From contig JBGPDX010000001.1 of NCBI GenBank assembly GCA_041482475.1, positions 1 through 47,957 on the forward strand: a stretch of DNA of 47,957 bases. The letters run 5' to 3'. The notes below the pieces were generated by a model. The model ran no database searches. It was given only the letters and a program-made list of their open reading frames with translations, and was not told the origin of the DNA. The stretch comes from Candidatus Limnocylindria bacterium (GTDB lineage: Bacteria; Chloroflexota; Limnocylindria; Limnocylindrales; CSP1-4). Positions 33,907 to 42,538 of the stretch are shown here, one piece after another (positions within the stretch are counted from its first letter, which is position 1; each line of letters starts with the position of its first letter). The translations under genes and the position numbers were made by a program.

Positions 33907-34584
33907 CTACTCTTCCGCGTCCGTGCCGGCCACCACGACACCGATGATCCCGGCCGCTTGCTCGATCGCGTCGACGAGGTTCGACCCGGCTCGCTGCCTG
34001 ATCTCGAATCCGACGGCGAACTTCGTCGTCTCGAGCCGCTCGGTCTGGACGCCGACGATCTCGAGCCGATTCCGAGCCAGGACTGCCGAGATCTCGGCCA
34101 GCGCCTCCAGCCGGTCGACGACCAGGTTGAGCCGCATCGTCAGCCGGTCGGCGCGGTGGAGGCGCTCGGCGACCCGGTTGAGCGGCCACAGCGAGAAGAT
34201 CACGATGATCGATCCGGTCAGCCCGATCACGTACTCGCCCGCGCCGGCTGCGAGCCCGATGGCGGCCGTCGCCCAGAGACTTGCCGCCGTCGTCAGGCCG
34301 CGGATCGACGCGCCGTCCTTGATGATCGCGCCGGCGCCCAGGAAGCCGATCCCCGACACGATCTGGGCGGCGACGCGCGACGGGTCGATCTGCGACGACG
34401 TCGTCCCCTGGAACGCGAAGATCGACAGCTCTGTGAAGATCGCCGACCCCAGCGCGACGAGAAGGTGTGTCCGCATCCCGGCCGGGTGGCCGTGGATCTC
34501 GCGCTCGACGCCGATCAGTGCGCCGAGCGCGGCCGCGATCAGCAGCCGAACCGACAGGTCGGCCTGGAGGGTGAAGTCGGTCAT
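33907..34584 (-). CDS. mgtC: MgtC/SapB-family membrane protein with a C-terminal ACT-like domain
   Basis: Sequence LLIAAALGALIGVEREIHGHPAGMRTHLLVALGSAIF...AAQIVSGIGFLGAGAII...GLTTAASLWATAAIGLAAGAG. The symbol is meant at family level only. Confidence 0.85.
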   Translation of the reverse strand: MTDFTLQADLSVRLLIAAALGALIGVEREIHGHPAGMRTHLLVALGSAIFTELSIFAFQGTTSSQIDPSRVAAQIVSGIGFLGAGAIIKDGASIRGLTTAASLWATAAIGLAAGAGEYVIGLTGSIIVIFSLWPLNRVAERLHRADRLTMRLNLVVDRLEALAEISAVLARNRLEIVGVQTERLETTKFAVGFEIRQRAGSNLVDAIEQAAGIIGVVVAGTDAEE

Positions 34585-34747
34585 CGCGACCTGGCCTGGC
34601 GGGAGAGACGGGGCGCCGAGACGAGGCCGGACCGCGGCGCGAGGGACGTGTCCATGGTCGCCCGCAGTCTAGGCTGCGGTCGGCGGGCCCGCGCGTCCGC
34701 GGCGAGCGCCGGGACCGCCGGCGGGCCGCGTCCGGGGCGGCCGACGG

Positions 34748-35713
34748 TCAGTCGCGGGCGACGGCCCGCGGAGTGGCGACCTCCTCCAGGTCGAGCCAGG
34801 CGATCTCCTCCGCGGTCAGTGATAGCTCGACCGCCCGCGCGTTCGACCGCAACTCCGCGGGGGTTCGCCCGCCGGCGATGGCGACGGTCGGAAACGGCTG
34901 GTTGAGCACCCAGCCGAGCGCGACCTGACCGGCGTCGAAGCCGCGCGTCGCACCCAGGAGCGCCGCCCGGCGCCGACGCTCGCGATTGTCCGCGCTGTCG
35001 TAGACGGCGATGACTCGCCGATCGTCCGTCTCGAGCGAGTCCGGGTCGCGCACCGCGAAGAAGCCGGCGGCCTGCGGCGACCAGGCGAGGAGCGGCAGCC
35101 GCCTGGCCGCATACCAGTCGCGCGTCGCGCGCTCGGAGGCCGATGCGCAACCTGCCCACGGCGGCTGTGACCAGCGCGCCAGTGACAGGTTCGGGCTGCT
35201 GCAGACGAAGCCGCGCAAGCCGTGACTTCGGGCGTGGGCGTCGGCCTCGTCCAGGCGGTCGGTCGACCAGTTCGACGCGCCGATCGCGCCGAACCGGCCC
35301 GCTTCCAGGTGCCCGTTGAGCCAGTCGAGGATGGCGCCGACGGGGACGCCCGGGTCGTCGCGATGGAGGACGTAGAGGTCGACGCTGTCGAGGCCGAGGC
35401 GCTCGAGGCTGCCGAGCAGGTCCGCCTCGATGTCGGCCGCCGTCATCCGCGACCGCCCGTCGTAGGGGTGGGCGCCCTTCGTCTCGATGATGACCTGGTC
35501 GCGACGACCGCCCTCGGCGAGCCAGCGGCCGATCACCAGCTCGGAGCCGCCGAGACCGTAGTTCTGGGCCGTGTCGACGAGGTTGCCGCCCAGGTCGAAG
35601 AACGCCTCCAGCAGCGCCGACGCCTCATCGAAGCGCTCCGGCGCGAACCACGCCGTACCCAGGGCAAGTCGCGAGACGGGCGTATCGAGATGCGACAGGA
35701 CGATGTGGTCCAG
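34748..35713 (-). CDS. aldo/keto reductase; probable non-canonical (CTG) start
   Basis: The C-terminal 321 aa of ORF 34748..36331 form an AKR (LGTAWF...GGNLVDTAQNYGLGGSELVIGRWL...VDLYVLHRDDP...GASNW). No ATG, GTG or TTG lies between the SIS stop (35724-35726) and the catalytic D/Y block. A CTG at 35711-35713 lies 6 nt after AGGGGA. Confidence 0.7.
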   Translation of the reverse strand: MDHIVLSHLDTPVSRLALGTAWFAPERFDEASALLEAFFDLGGNLVDTAQNYGLGGSELVIGRWLAEGGRRDQVIIETKGAHPYDGRSRMTAADIEADLLGSLERLGLDSVDLYVLHRDDPGVPVGAILDWLNGHLEAGRFGAIGASNWSTDRLDEADAHARSHGLRGFVCSSPNLSLARWSQPPWAGCASASERATRDWYAARRLPLLAWSPQAAGFFAVRDPDSLETDDRRVIAVYDSADNRERRRRAALLGATRGFDAGQVALGWVLNQPFPTVAIAGGRTPAELRSNARAVELSLTAEEIAWLDLEEVATPRAVARD

Positions 35714-35723
35714 CGGTCGTCCC

Positions 35724-36761
35724 CTAGCGGGTGAGGGTGACCTTTCGGAGGTGCCGCGGCGCGTCGGGGTCGAGACCGCGGGCGCGGGCCAGATGATAGG
35801 CGACGAGCTGGCACGGGACGATCGACACGACGGGCATGAGCCAGTCCGGGACGCCGGCCGGCAGGCGAAGGCCGGCGCCCAGGCCCAGGGCGTCGTCGCG
35901 GTCGGAGACGACGACGAGGTCGACGCCGAAGTCGTCACGGAGGCGCGCGAGGAGGGCGACCAGGTCGGCCGCCGGCGGGCCCGACGGTGCCACGGCGAGG
36001 ACGGCGAAGCCCGGCTCCAGAAGGGCCAGGGGGCCGTGCTGGAAGTCGGCTGACGAGTAGGGATCGGCGAGCAGCCGGGCCAGCTCCTTGAGCTTGAGCG
36101 CCCACTCGCGAGCGGTGGCGTACTCGAAACCGCGGCCCAGTACGATGGCGCCGCCGATGCCCGAACGCGCCCGCGCGACCTTCCTCGCCTCCGGTTCGAC
36201 CTCGAGGGCGGCCGCCATCGCCGACGGCAGGTCCGCCAAGGACGCCTCGGCGGCCGCGTCGTCGGGCCCCAGGGCGACCGCGAGCAGGGCGATCGCGACG
36301 AGCTCCGCGGTGTAGGTCTTCGTCGCCGCAACCGCTCGCTCCTCGCCGGCGGCGAGGTCGACGGCGTACTCGGCGGCCATGGCGAGGGGCGAACCGGGGC
36401 GGTTGGTGATGGCGATCGTCGGCGCGCCCTGGCGCCGCGCGGCGGCGACCACGGCGACGACGTCGGGCGACTCGCCGGACTGGCTGATGCCGAGCACGGC
36501 CGACCGCCCGAAGCGAGGCTCGACCCCGTAGAGCGTCACCAGCGACGGGGCCGCCAGGGCCACCGGCATCGCCAGGCGCACGCCCAGGACGTACTGGGCG
36601 TAGACGGCCGCGTGGTCCGACGTCCCTCGTGCGGCGATGACGACCTCGTCCACGCCGCGCCGGCGGAGCTCGGCGGCGATCCTCGCGATCGCGTCCCGCC
36701 CGTCCGCGATCAGCCGCGCGACGACGGCGGGTTGTTCGCGGATCTCGTCCCTCAGGCCCAC
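35724..36761 (-). CDS. SIS-domain sugar-phosphate isomerase/deaminase (GlmS isomerase-domain-like; NagB-II/FrlB type)
   Basis: 345 aa with two SIS repeats (VVIAARGTSDHAAVYAQY, VLGISQSGESPDVV, AVAATKTYTAEL, GRGFEYATAREWALKLKE). Confidence 0.85.
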   Translation of the reverse strand: MGLRDEIREQPAVVARLIADGRDAIARIAAELRRRGVDEVVIAARGTSDHAAVYAQYVLGVRLAMPVALAAPSLVTLYGVEPRFGRSAVLGISQSGESPDVVAVVAAARRQGAPTIAITNRPGSPLAMAAEYAVDLAAGEERAVAATKTYTAELVAIALLAVALGPDDAAAEASLADLPSAMAAALEVEPEARKVARARSGIGGAIVLGRGFEYATAREWALKLKELARLLADPYSSADFQHGPLALLEPGFAVLAVAPSGPPAADLVALLARLRDDFGVDLVVVSDRDDALGLGAGLRLPAGVPDWLMPVVSIVPCQLVAYHLARARGLDPDAPRHLRKVTLTR

Positions 36762-36771
36762 CGGCGAGGCG

Positions 36772-37644
36772 CTAGCCCTTGACCGCGCCGGCGAGGCCGC
36801 GGACGAAGTAGCGCTGGACGGCGACGAAGAAGATCAGGATCGGCACCACGGTCATCGTCACACCCGCGGCGATCGACCGGAAGTCCGAGCTGAAGAAGCC
36901 CTGCAGCGCGGCGAGACCGACCGGCAGGGTCATCGATTCACGGGTATGGAGCATCAGCGACGGCCACAGGAAGTCGTTCCACGACACGACGAAGGTGAAG
37001 ATCGCCACCGCCGCGAGCGACGGCCGGACGATCGGCAGCATGACGTGCCACCAGATCCTGGCCTCGTTCGCCCCGTCGATCCGGGCCGCGTCGAGCAGGT
37101 CGTTCGGGACGCTCCGGAACGCCTGGCGCAGCAGGAAGATGTTGAACGCGCTGGCGAGATTCGGGAAGACGAGGGCCGGCAGGGAGTCGTAGTAGTGGAA
37201 GACGTTGACCGCGAGCACGAAGCTGGGGATGTACGTCAGCTGGACCGGGACGATGAGCGTCGCGAGCAGCAGGTAGAAGATCCCGTCACGACCGCGGAAC
37301 CGCATCTTGGCCAGCGGATACGCGGCGAGCGATGCCACGACGACGTTCAGGACGACGACGGCGATCGAGACAACGATGCTGTTGAGGAAGAAGTGCAGGA
37401 CCGGCAGCGAGTCCCAGACCTTGGCGTAGTTGTTGAGGGTGGGGTCGCCGGGGAGGAACTGTGGCGGCACCGAGAAGATGAGGTCCTTCGGACCCTTCAG
37501 CGACGTCAGCAGGATCCAGGCGAACGGGAAGACCGTGATGACGCTCATCACGATGAGCAGGGCGTACCAGAAGATGTTCTGTGCCCGGAAGCGTCGCCGT
37601 CGGGCGACCCTGAGCGAGACCGCACGGGCCTGCGGCGTCGCCAT
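36772..37644 (-). CDS. ABC sugar transporter permease (MalG-like)
   Basis: Internal ATG (complement 37642-37644) overlaps the upstream stop (TGATG). The N-terminus is ALLIVMSVITVFPFAWILLTSLKGP and the EAA loop is LLDAARIDGANEARIWWHVMLPIVRPS. Confidence 0.9.
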   Translation of the reverse strand: MATPQARAVSLRVARRRRFRAQNIFWYALLIVMSVITVFPFAWILLTSLKGPKDLIFSVPPQFLPGDPTLNNYAKVWDSLPVLHFFLNSIVVSIAVVVLNVVVASLAAYPLAKMRFRGRDGIFYLLLATLIVPVQLTYIPSFVLAVNVFHYYDSLPALVFPNLASAFNIFLLRQAFRSVPNDLLDAARIDGANEARIWWHVMLPIVRPSLAAVAIFTFVVSWNDFLWPSLMLHTRESMTLPVGLAALQGFFSSDFRSIAAGVTMTVVPILIFFVAVQRYFVRGLAGAVKG

Positions 37645-38519
37645 CAGTCGGCCGTCGTTCCGCGTTCCAGGAGCCGGACGTTGAAGACGGAGAAGGCCAG
37701 GGTCAGCGCCAGCAGGACGATCGCGATCGCCGACGCGTAGCCGGCATGCTGGAGCGTGAAGGCCTGCTTCCACAGGTAGAAGACGACCGTCACTCCGCTG
37801 TCGAGAATCCCACCCGTGCGGTTCGTCAGGACGTAGATCTCGTCGAACACCTTCAACGCGGCGAGGCTCGAGATGACCGCGACGAAGACGATCTGCGGCC
37901 GGAGTCCGGGCAGGCTGACGTGCCAGTGCTTCTGGAAGTCGTTGCAGCCGTCGATCCGGGCGGCGTCGTAGAGCTCCTCCGGGATGTTCTGGAGGCCGGC
38001 CAGGAAGATGACCGAGTAGTACCCGACGCCCGCCCAGATCGTCAGCATGATGGCGATCGGCAGGATGAGCGACGGGTCGCTGAGCCACTGGATGGGCTCT
38101 TTCAGGACGCCCAGCCAGAGCAGCACGCTGTTGATGAAGCCGTTGCGGTCGAACAGCCAGCGCCACGAGATGCCGATGGCGATGCTGCCGCTGATGGCCG
38201 GGACGTAGTACAGCGCGCGGAACACGTGGATCCCGCGCAGCCGGCGATTGACGACGATGGCGAGGACGATCGACAGCACGATCAGCGTCGGCGTCGCGAT
38301 CAGGTAGACGAGCGAATTCGTGAGCGCTTTCCAGAACGTCGGGTCGGCCACGAGCTGGCGGTAGTTGTCGAGGCCTACCCAGACGGGCGGCCGGACGATG
38401 TCATAGCTGGTGAAGCTGTAGTAGACGACGCTGGCGATCGGGTAGAGCACAAAGACCGCGATCAGCCCGATGGCCGGCGCGAGGAAGAGGTACGGGGTCA
38501 GCGATCGCTTCTGTGTCAT
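37644..38519 (-). CDS. ABC sugar transporter permease (MalF-like)
   Basis: 291 aa. The N-terminus is TPYLFLAPAIGLIAVFVLYPIA and the EAA loop is PEELYDAARIDGCNDFQKHWHVSLPGLRP. Confidence 0.9.
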   Translation of the reverse strand: MTQKRSLTPYLFLAPAIGLIAVFVLYPIASVVYYSFTSYDIVRPPVWVGLDNYRQLVADPTFWKALTNSLVYLIATPTLIVLSIVLAIVVNRRLRGIHVFRALYYVPAISGSIAIGISWRWLFDRNGFINSVLLWLGVLKEPIQWLSDPSLILPIAIMLTIWAGVGYYSVIFLAGLQNIPEELYDAARIDGCNDFQKHWHVSLPGLRPQIVFVAVISSLAALKVFDEIYVLTNRTGGILDSGVTVVFYLWKQAFTLQHAGYASAIAIVLLALTLAFSVFNVRLLERGTTAD

Positions 38520-38583
38520 CGTCTCGTGGTCGTCCGGTCGGCCCCCTCCCGGACCGGAAGGGGGCCGTTGGCGCGGATTGCCG

Positions 38584-39981
38584 CTACTTGATCAACGCGT
38601 TGGCCTTCGCCACCGCGTCGCTCAACGCCTTCTGAGCCGGGACCGGATTGGTCCCGAACAGGGCGGATTCGATGGCCTTGCGGACGATCTCGTTGACGTC
38701 GCCCTTGCTGGGCACCGTCGGGACGATGTCCTGGTAGGTCGAGACGATGCTCTTGGCGATCGGCCGCGCGCTGTCCTCGATGGCCGACGGCGTGCCCGAG
38801 AAGAACGGGTCGTCGTACGACTTCGGGGTCGACGGGTAGATGGCCACCAGCTTCGAGAACTCGAGCATGCTGCGGGCGTTCGTGAAGTATTGGGCCAGTG
38901 CGATCGACGCGTTCGGGAACTTCGTGTCGGCCTTGACGGAGATGCCCATCAGCCCCTTGCTGGCGACCCCCGATTTGCCGATCGGTGCCTGGACGACGGC
39001 CAGGTTGTTGTAGAGCTGGGAGTTGTTCGACTTCACCTCGCGGATGAGGTTCGGTCCGGTCTGGTAGAAGGGCGCCTGTCCGGCCGAGAAGAGGAGCAGT
39101 CCGACGCGGTCATCGGTGCTCGTCAGGATCGAGTTGTCGACGGTCCCGGCCTTGACCATGTCGGCGTACCTCTGGAGCCACGCGACCGCCTCGGGCGAGT
39201 CGAACGTGAACTTCTTGCCGTCGTCGCTGATGACCTTGACGCCGGCGTCGTAGACCATCTGGGCGAGCAGGTCGCTGACCGTCAGGCGGATATCGCAGAC
39301 GGTGGAGGCCTTGTCCTTTAGGGTCTGGCAGATGTCCTTCAGCCCGGCGACTTCCTTGGGGAAGTCCTCCGGCTTGAGGCCCGCCTTGTCGAAGATCTGC
39401 TTGTTGATCAGGTCGACATTGATGCTTTGGTACCACGGGAACTGGAAGTTCTTGCCCGCGACGAGCTGCTCCTTCCACAGTCCCGGGAAATAGACATCCT
39501 TGACGGCCTGCGGGACCCTGTCGTCGAGCGGGAGCAGGAGTCCCTTCGACGCGTAGTCGCTGACCCAGCCTTCGGCGACCGACAGGTTGATGACGTCCGG
39601 TGCGCTCTTCGCGGCGTAGGAATTGTCGAGGTCCTGGCGGAACGTCGCCTGGTGGTCTTCCCACTTGACCGTGACGCCCGGGTAGGTCGCCTCGAAGCGG
39701 GCGATCGTCGCCTTGATGTAGTTGTCGAATGCCGGCGACAGGTAGAACGTCCAGAACGTGATCTGGGCATTCGGCTCGACGTTCTGGATGACGGCTTCGG
39801 CCGGATCCGGCGCCAGCGGCGCGGCGCTGGCCGGAGCGGCGGCGGTGGCCGACGCGGCCGCCGATGCCGCAGCGCTGGCCACCGCGGACGAGGCCACGCT
39901 CGGCGACGGACTGGCGTTCGTCGAGCAGGCGACGGCAAGCACCGCGGCCAGCGCGAGCGCCAAGAGTTTCCTGATGTTCAC
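38584..39981 (-). CDS. ABC sugar transporter substrate-binding lipoprotein
   Basis: GTG at complement 39979-39981, after GAGGAGGA. Signal plus Cys (VNIRKLLALALAAVLAVAC), an S/A-rich tether, then an SBP fold (ITFWTFYLSPAFDNY...). Confidence 0.85.
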   Translation of the reverse strand: MNIRKLLALALAAVLAVACSTNASPSPSVASSAVASAAASAAASATAAAPASAAPLAPDPAEAVIQNVEPNAQITFWTFYLSPAFDNYIKATIARFEATYPGVTVKWEDHQATFRQDLDNSYAAKSAPDVINLSVAEGWVSDYASKGLLLPLDDRVPQAVKDVYFPGLWKEQLVAGKNFQFPWYQSINVDLINKQIFDKAGLKPEDFPKEVAGLKDICQTLKDKASTVCDIRLTVSDLLAQMVYDAGVKVISDDGKKFTFDSPEAVAWLQRYADMVKAGTVDNSILTSTDDRVGLLLFSAGQAPFYQTGPNLIREVKSNNSQLYNNLAVVQAPIGKSGVASKGLMGISVKADTKFPNASIALAQYFTNARSMLEFSKLVAIYPSTPKSYDDPFFSGTPSAIEDSARPIAKSIVSTYQDIVPTVPSKGDVNEIVRKAIESALFGTNPVPAQKALSDAVAKANALIK

Positions 39982-40099
39982 CTGGGGATCCTCCTCGTTA
40001 CGACTGTCATCTGGGATCGCGCGGCCGGTCGCTGTCGTGCCATCACCTCTGCGATCGGCCCGTCTGGGTGGTCTCGATTCGTCTGTGCCGGGTGAGCGT

Positions 40100-41119
40100 C
40101 TAGCCGTCGCCCACCTCCCTCCCCACTGGCGTCGAGCGCGCGCCGGCGAGCGCCGATCGGGCCAGGGCGATCGCGCCCCAGGCACCGCTGTCCGCGGCCG
40201 GCAGCAGGTGGACGACACCGGGCACGAGGACTTCGCGCGCGAGCGGCGAGGCGTCGCGCAACCGGTCGAGTGCCCGCAGGAGCGGGTCGAGGAACGCGTC
40301 GCGAGCCTGGGCGACGCCGCCACCGACGGCCACGATCTCGACGTCGTAGGCCATGACGAGCAGGTGGATCGCGCGAGCGAGAAGCGCCCCGACGTCGTCG
40401 GCGACGCGGACGGCGAGCGGATCGCCCGCGGCGGCCGCCTGGTAGACGTCGGCGGCTGTGAGCGGATCGACGCCGGCCAGCGATGATTGGCCGTCCGCGG
40501 CGAGCGCTTCGGCGGCTCGCCGGGCGACGGCAGGTCCGGCGGCGAGCGTCTCGAAGCAGCCTCGAAGTCCGCACGGGCAGGCAGGACCGTTGGCGTCGAC
40601 GACGATGTGGCCGATCTCTCCGGCCATGCCCCGCGGTCCGCGGCGGACTCGTCCGTCGAGGACGATGCCGGCCGAGATGCCGGTCCCGACGCTCAGGTAG
40701 GCGAAGTCCTCGACCTCGCCGAGGACGCGGCGCTCACGCAGTCCGGCGGCGGCGGCGCGCACGTCGTTCTCGAGGGCGACGGGAACGCCCAGTGCACCGG
40801 ACAGCCGCGGGCCCAGCGGCAGGTCGTGCCACCCCAGGTTGACCGCCTGGGACACGGTGCCGGCGACGGGATCGACGCGGCCCGGGACGCCGACGCCGAT
40901 TGCGCCGACGGAGGCGAGGCCGCTCCCCGCTTCGGCGAGGGCGGCGCCGATGGCCTTGCCGATCACGTCGACAGCCCGGGCCGGCGCCCCGACGGCCGTC
41001 GGCAGCGTGTAGCGCGCACGGACGACGAAATCCCGATCCGTGACGAGGACGGCGATCTTGCTGCCGCCCACGTCGACGCCGACGAGCAACCCACGATCGG
41101 TTCGCGCGACGTCGGTCAT
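40100..41119 (-). CDS. ROK-family sugar kinase
   Basis: ATP-binding motif LLVGVDVGGSKIAV, block ENDVRAAAAG and the ROK zinc motif GEIGHIVVDANGPACPCGLRGCFE. There is no HTH. The ATG overlaps the regulator stop as ATGA. Confidence 0.85.
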   Translation of the reverse strand: MTDVARTDRGLLVGVDVGGSKIAVLVTDRDFVVRARYTLPTAVGAPARAVDVIGKAIGAALAEAGSGLASVGAIGVGVPGRVDPVAGTVSQAVNLGWHDLPLGPRLSGALGVPVALENDVRAAAAGLRERRVLGEVEDFAYLSVGTGISAGIVLDGRVRRGPRGMAGEIGHIVVDANGPACPCGLRGCFETLAAGPAVARRAAEALAADGQSSLAGVDPLTAADVYQAAAAGDPLAVRVADDVGALLARAIHLLVMAYDVEIVAVGGGVAQARDAFLDPLLRALDRLRDASPLAREVLVPGVVHLLPAADSGAWGAIALARSALAGARSTPVGREVGDG

Positions 41120-42321
41120 CGCGCCGGCACGAGCCCCAGCTCGCGGACCATCAGCAGAGCCGCCGCGCCAAGGACGACCTCGTCGGTCGACGCGCGCCCG
41201 ATGTCGATCCGGGTTCGGCCACCGAGCATGCCCAGCGAGCGTCGCGCAGCCTCGTCACGGACCGCCTCGAGCCAGGGCTCGCCGAGCGCGGCCACGCTGC
41301 CGATGAGGACGATCCGATGGATGTTGAGGGCGCCGATGAGACTCGCCACCGCCGCGCCGAGGAAGCGTCCTGCGGCCACGACGACCCGGCGCGTCGACTC
41401 GTCGCCGGCGTCCAGGCCGGCGCGGATGGCCTCGAGATCGAGCGTGCCATGGGCGGCCAGACGCCGCCCAAGGAACGAGTCTGGTGTGGCCTCCGCAGCC
41501 TCGGTCGCGTCGCTGAGAATGGCCCGCGAGCTGGCTACGGTCTCCAGGCAGCCGAACCGGCCGCAGCGGCACGCCTTGCCATCGTCGACGATCCCCGTGT
41601 GGCCAATCTCGCCGGCGCCGAACCCGTCGCCGTGGAACAGCTCACCACCGAGGACGACCCCGGCGCCGATGCCGTGGCCCACCCTGATCGCGATGAGGTT
41701 CGCCGAGGCGCCCTCGCCGGCGAATCGGTACTCGGCGAACGCCGCCGCACGCGAGTCGTTGGCGACGTACGTGGGCACGGCGAAGCGCTCGCGGAGCAGC
41801 CGGCCGAGCGGCAGGTCCTGCCAGTCGAGGTTGACGGCCCAGCGGATCGTGCCGTCCCCGGCATCGACGATGCCGGGCGTTCCGACGCCGATGCCCAGCA
41901 GCAGCCCGGGCACCTCGCCAACCAGCTGATCGACGAGGCGGTAGACGACCTCGAGCGCCTCGTCTCCGTTACGGCCGCCGACCGGCAAGCTGGCCGTCCG
42001 GCGGATCTCGCCGTGGAGGTTGACCACGGCGCCGTTGAACGCCCGTTCCCCCAGGTCCAGGCCGATCACGTGGCGGGCGTCCCCGTCGACCTGGACGAGG
42101 ATCGGGGCCTTGCCGCCGCTCGATGGGCCGCGCCCGACTTCCCGGGCGAGGCCGTCGGACAGGAACGCATTGACGAGCTGACTGACCGTGGTTCGGGTCA
42201 GCCCGGTGAGGCGCGCGACCTCGGCGCGGCTGACCGGGCCATGGTCGTAGAGGGTCCGCAGGACAAGGCCCTGGTTGTGGGCCCGGGTCTGACGATGGGT
42301 CGCCTTGGCGGGCAGCGGCAT
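41116..42321 (-). CDS. ROK-family transcriptional repressor (NagC/XylR-like)
   Basis: An N-terminal wHTH (NQGLVLRTLYDHGPVSRAEVARLTGLTRTTVSQLVNAFLSDGLA) is fused to a ROK domain (ANDSRAAAFAE, GEIGHTGIVDDGKACRCGRFGCLE). The ATG is at 42321; the track ORF starts at GTG 42336. Confidence 0.85.
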   Translation of the reverse strand: MPLPAKATHRQTRAHNQGLVLRTLYDHGPVSRAEVARLTGLTRTTVSQLVNAFLSDGLAREVGRGPSSGGKAPILVQVDGDARHVIGLDLGERAFNGAVVNLHGEIRRTASLPVGGRNGDEALEVVYRLVDQLVGEVPGLLLGIGVGTPGIVDAGDGTIRWAVNLDWQDLPLGRLLRERFAVPTYVANDSRAAAFAEYRFAGEGASANLIAIRVGHGIGAGVVLGGELFHGDGFGAGEIGHTGIVDDGKACRCGRFGCLETVASSRAILSDATEAAEATPDSFLGRRLAAHGTLDLEAIRAGLDAGDESTRRVVVAAGRFLGAAVASLIGALNIHRIVLIGSVAALGEPWLEAVRDEAARRSLGMLGGRTRIDIGRASTDEVVLGAAALLMVRELGLVPAR

Positions 42322-42335
42322 GTCCCCTCGCGGCA

Positions 42336-42379
42336 CTTTGGCAAATGAGTTGACAAAGGCAGTCTAGGGGCTTTGTCAA
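42336..42379. promoter_or_regulatory. three copies of a 9-mer (CTTTGKCAA / TTGACAAAG); candidate ROK-repressor operators and promoter
   Basis: CTTTGGCAA lies at 42336-42344, TTGACAAAG at 42350-42358 (inverted) and CTTTGTCAA at 42371-42379. The last two form a perfect 9-bp inverted repeat with a 12-nt spacer. TTGACA is also a -35-like hexamer. Confidence 0.45.
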
Positions 42380-42538
42380 TAGTCTTGACGAACACGTCGG
42401 GAGCACGCCGAGAGCACGCCGGGCGCAGCCGGCGGCGCTCTGCAAGGCCGTCGTAACCCACCCTCAACCCGCCGATCTGCCCTTCCCGGCGAAAGTTCGG
42501 GCATAGTCTCGGTCACCGTTCCCCCATCGGAGCCTGCC

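Noticed and set aside
34585-34747. Possible Mg2+ (M-box) riboswitch or leader upstream of the MgtC-family gene
   Set aside because: I could not find the conserved M-box core elements. Only a short CCGCAG..CTGCGG stem is present. The region also has to hold the terminator of the upstream AKR gene. An Infernal scan would settle it.
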